DNA of 64,000 nt from Mobula birostris (Eukaryota), in the NCBI RefSeq assembly GCF_030028105.1, contig NC_092390.1, positions 13,404,346-13,468,345 of the forward strand, written 5' to 3'. Every line of letters starts with the position of its first letter. Position 1 is the stretch's first letter. Made by a program: the position numbers and the translations under genes. The notes beneath the pieces are model-generated. The model ran no database searches, was not told the origin of the DNA, and worked only from the letters and a program-made list of their open reading frames with translations. Below are positions 61,775-64,000 of the stretch, piece after piece.

Positions 61775-63390
61775 GGTTCTTCTCCTACCGATTCCTGTGG
61801 CTTACTTGATCATACCTCTTCCCACCCTATCTTTGTTTCTCAGTTCCTTCCTTTCTGTTGCATCTGTTCACAGGATGAGGGTTTCCTTTCCAGGACATCA
61901 GGGATGTCCTCTTTCAAAGAACGGGGATTCCCTTCCTCCACCATTGATTCTGCCCTCACCCGCACCTCCACTTCCTGGACATGGTGCTCACCCCATCTGC
62001 TCACGCCTTAACTGGGATAGAGTTCCTGTTGTCCTCACCTACCACCCCATGAGCCTGCACACCACTCTCTGCAACTTCCACCATCTACCATCAAATACAT
62101 CTTTACCTCCGCCTCACTCTCCACATTCTGCAGAGATTGGTCCCTCCATGATTCCCTTGTCCATCTGTCCCTCCTGACTAATCTCCCTCCTGCTTTTTTT
62201 CCCTGTAAGTGGCAGAAATGCAACACCAGCCCATTCACCTCGTCCCACACAGTCCTTCCAGGTGAGGCAACACTTCATCTGCGAATCTGTTGGGGTTGTC
62301 TACTGTATCCGGTGCTCCCAATGCGGCCACCACTACACTGATGAGACCTGGCAGGGACTGCTTTGTCGAGCACCTCGGCTCCATCTGCAAAAGTGGAATT
62401 TCATGCTACCTAACCGTTTAATTTTCCTACCCCCATTCCTGTTCTGACGTGTTGATCCAACAGCCTCCTCTTCTGCCACAATGAGGCCACTCTCAGGTTG
62501 GAGAAGCAGCACCTCATATTCCGAACATGAGGCAATCTGCAGATGCTGGAAATCCAAAACAACACACACACATTGTTGGAGAAACTCAGCAGGCCAGGCA
62601 GCATCTATGGAGAAGAGTAAACAGTCAACATTTCAGGCTGAGACGCTTCATCAAGACTGGAAAGGAAAGGAAGAAGGTGGGAGGAGGGGAGGAAGAGTAC
62701 AAGGTGGTAGGTGATCGGTGAAACCAGTCGAGGGGAGGGGATGAAGTAGGAGCTGGGAAGTTGTTTGGTGAAAGAGATAAAGGGCTGGAGAAGAGGGAAT
62801 CTGATAGGAGAGGACAGAAGATCATGGAAGAGAGGGAAGGGGGAGGAGCACCAGAGGGAGGTGATGGGCTGATGTGATTTTGCTTCCCATTCTGATATGT
62901 CAGTGCATGGCCTCGTCTCCTGCTGTGATGAGGCCACACTCGAGTTGGGTAGCCTCCAACCTGATGGCATGAACGTAGATTTCTGGAGCTTCCAGTAATT
63001 CTTTTCCCCCCTCCCAACATTCCCCATTCCTGTATCCCCCCCCTTCTCACCTTATCTCCTTACCTGGCCGTCACTTCCCTCTGGTGCTCCTCCCTCTTCC
63101 CTTTCTCCATGGTTTTCTTTCCTTATCAGATTCCCCTTCTCCAGCCCTTTATCTGTTTCACTAATCAACTTCCCAGCTCTTTTCTTCCCCACCTTGTACT
63201 TCTTCCTCTCCTCCCCCCCACCTTCTTACACTGACCTCACCCCTTCCTTTCCAGTCTCTGCCCGAAATGTCGACTGTACTCGTTTCCATAGACCCTGCCT
63301 GGTCTGTGGAGTTCCTCCAGCACTTTGTGTGTATTACCTCATATTCCGTCTGGGTAACCATCAACCTGATGACATGAACACTTATTAGAA
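61775..63390. mobile_element. Cluster of PLE fragments in alternating orientation
   Basis: RT-thumb/GIY-YIG remnants (DRVPVVLTYHP, GVVYCIRCSQCG) on plus, pLTR on minus at about 62527-62875, and another plus copy at about 62880-63340. Confidence 0.8.
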
Positions 63391-63807
63391 TCTAGTTCTG
63401 TAACAGCATTATGGTAGCAGTATGCTGCTGTGCTGCCCTGGTTCTGGGTTGAAATCCAGGAATCTTTTCCCCATCTGCACTGTAGATGCATCTTCAGCAG
63501 AAGAGACCCAAAGCTTAAGTAGCACATGAGTGTGGTGGTTAGCGCAGTGCTTTACAGCGCCTGCTGTTAGATCAGTGTTTGCTTCCCCCTGCTAACTGTA
63601 AGGAGTTTGTACTTTCTCCCTGTGACCCAGGTTTCCTCTGGGTGATCTGGTTTCCTCCCACATTCCAAAGCTGTATGGTTAAAGTTAGTGAGCTGTTGGC
63701 ACTGCAAATGTAGTAATACTTGCATGCTGCCCCTAGCACAATCCTTGCTGGTTTGAATCAATGCAAATGATACATTTCACTGTATGTTTTGATGGACGTG
63801 CAACAAA

Positions 63808-64000
63808 GGAGGAGAAGATGGCGACGCGATGGCAGCGCACGCGGCCACTTCAGTGGTGATGTCTGTTATCTGTCAAGTAGGGGACCGTGCACAATCCTGA
63901 TTTGATGGAGACAAACGTGAGAGTACGGAGGAACATCTGGAAAGCTTCTGAAATGCCCGCTTCGCTGCCACTGCTACTGTGTGGTAACCGGAATCTCCGG
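63808..64000 (+). mobile_element. CpG-rich 5' end of a young retroelement inserted into a V-SINE tail
   Basis: Abrupt switch from the SINE tail (gtgcaacaaa) to GGAGGAGAAGATGGCG (YY1-type motif). Family not determined. Confidence 0.45.

Noticed and set aside
63808-64000. AAGATGGCG CpG-rich block as a fourth gene promoter
   Set aside because: It interrupts a SINE tail abruptly, which fits a TE 5' end better.
1-64000. CRISPR arrays, operons, rRNA or true tRNA genes
   Set aside because: Spliceosomal vertebrate DNA. No repeat-spacer array seen, and the tRNA-like sequences are degenerate SINE heads.

Overview
This is repeat-rich vertebrate DNA, not prokaryotic. The mix of V-SINE, CR1, Rex1/Babar and Penelope repeats suggests a cartilaginous fish, probably a ray (inference). 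It holds three transcription units. (1) The 5' end of LCOR on the minus strand: first coding exon 17694-17790, plus a decayed copy of the next conserved exon at 2927-2991 with a TGA and a 1-nt deletion. (2) A complete 8-exon EXOSC1/CSL4 gene on the plus strand (CDS 28170-43159, 585 nt, 194 aa), head-to-head with LCOR; its intron 6 is a U12-type intron. (3) A CpG-island promoter with ZNF143-type motifs near 49.6-50.0 kb whose gene could not be identified. The rest is mostly nested transposon relics: Tc1, Tigger/pogo, hAT, CR1, Rex1/Babar, RTE-derived elements, BEL/Pao, a solo LTR, V-SINEs and many Penelope-like elements (PLEs). The most interesting signals are the broken LCOR exon that still has both splice sites, which could act as a poison exon or yield a 44-aa micropeptide, and a family of minimal hammerhead ribozyme motifs carried by the PLEs, one of them in sense orientation in the LCOR pre-mRNA. 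All family names come from recalled sequence patterns, not database searches, and repeat boundaries are approximate unless TSDs or TIRs are cited.
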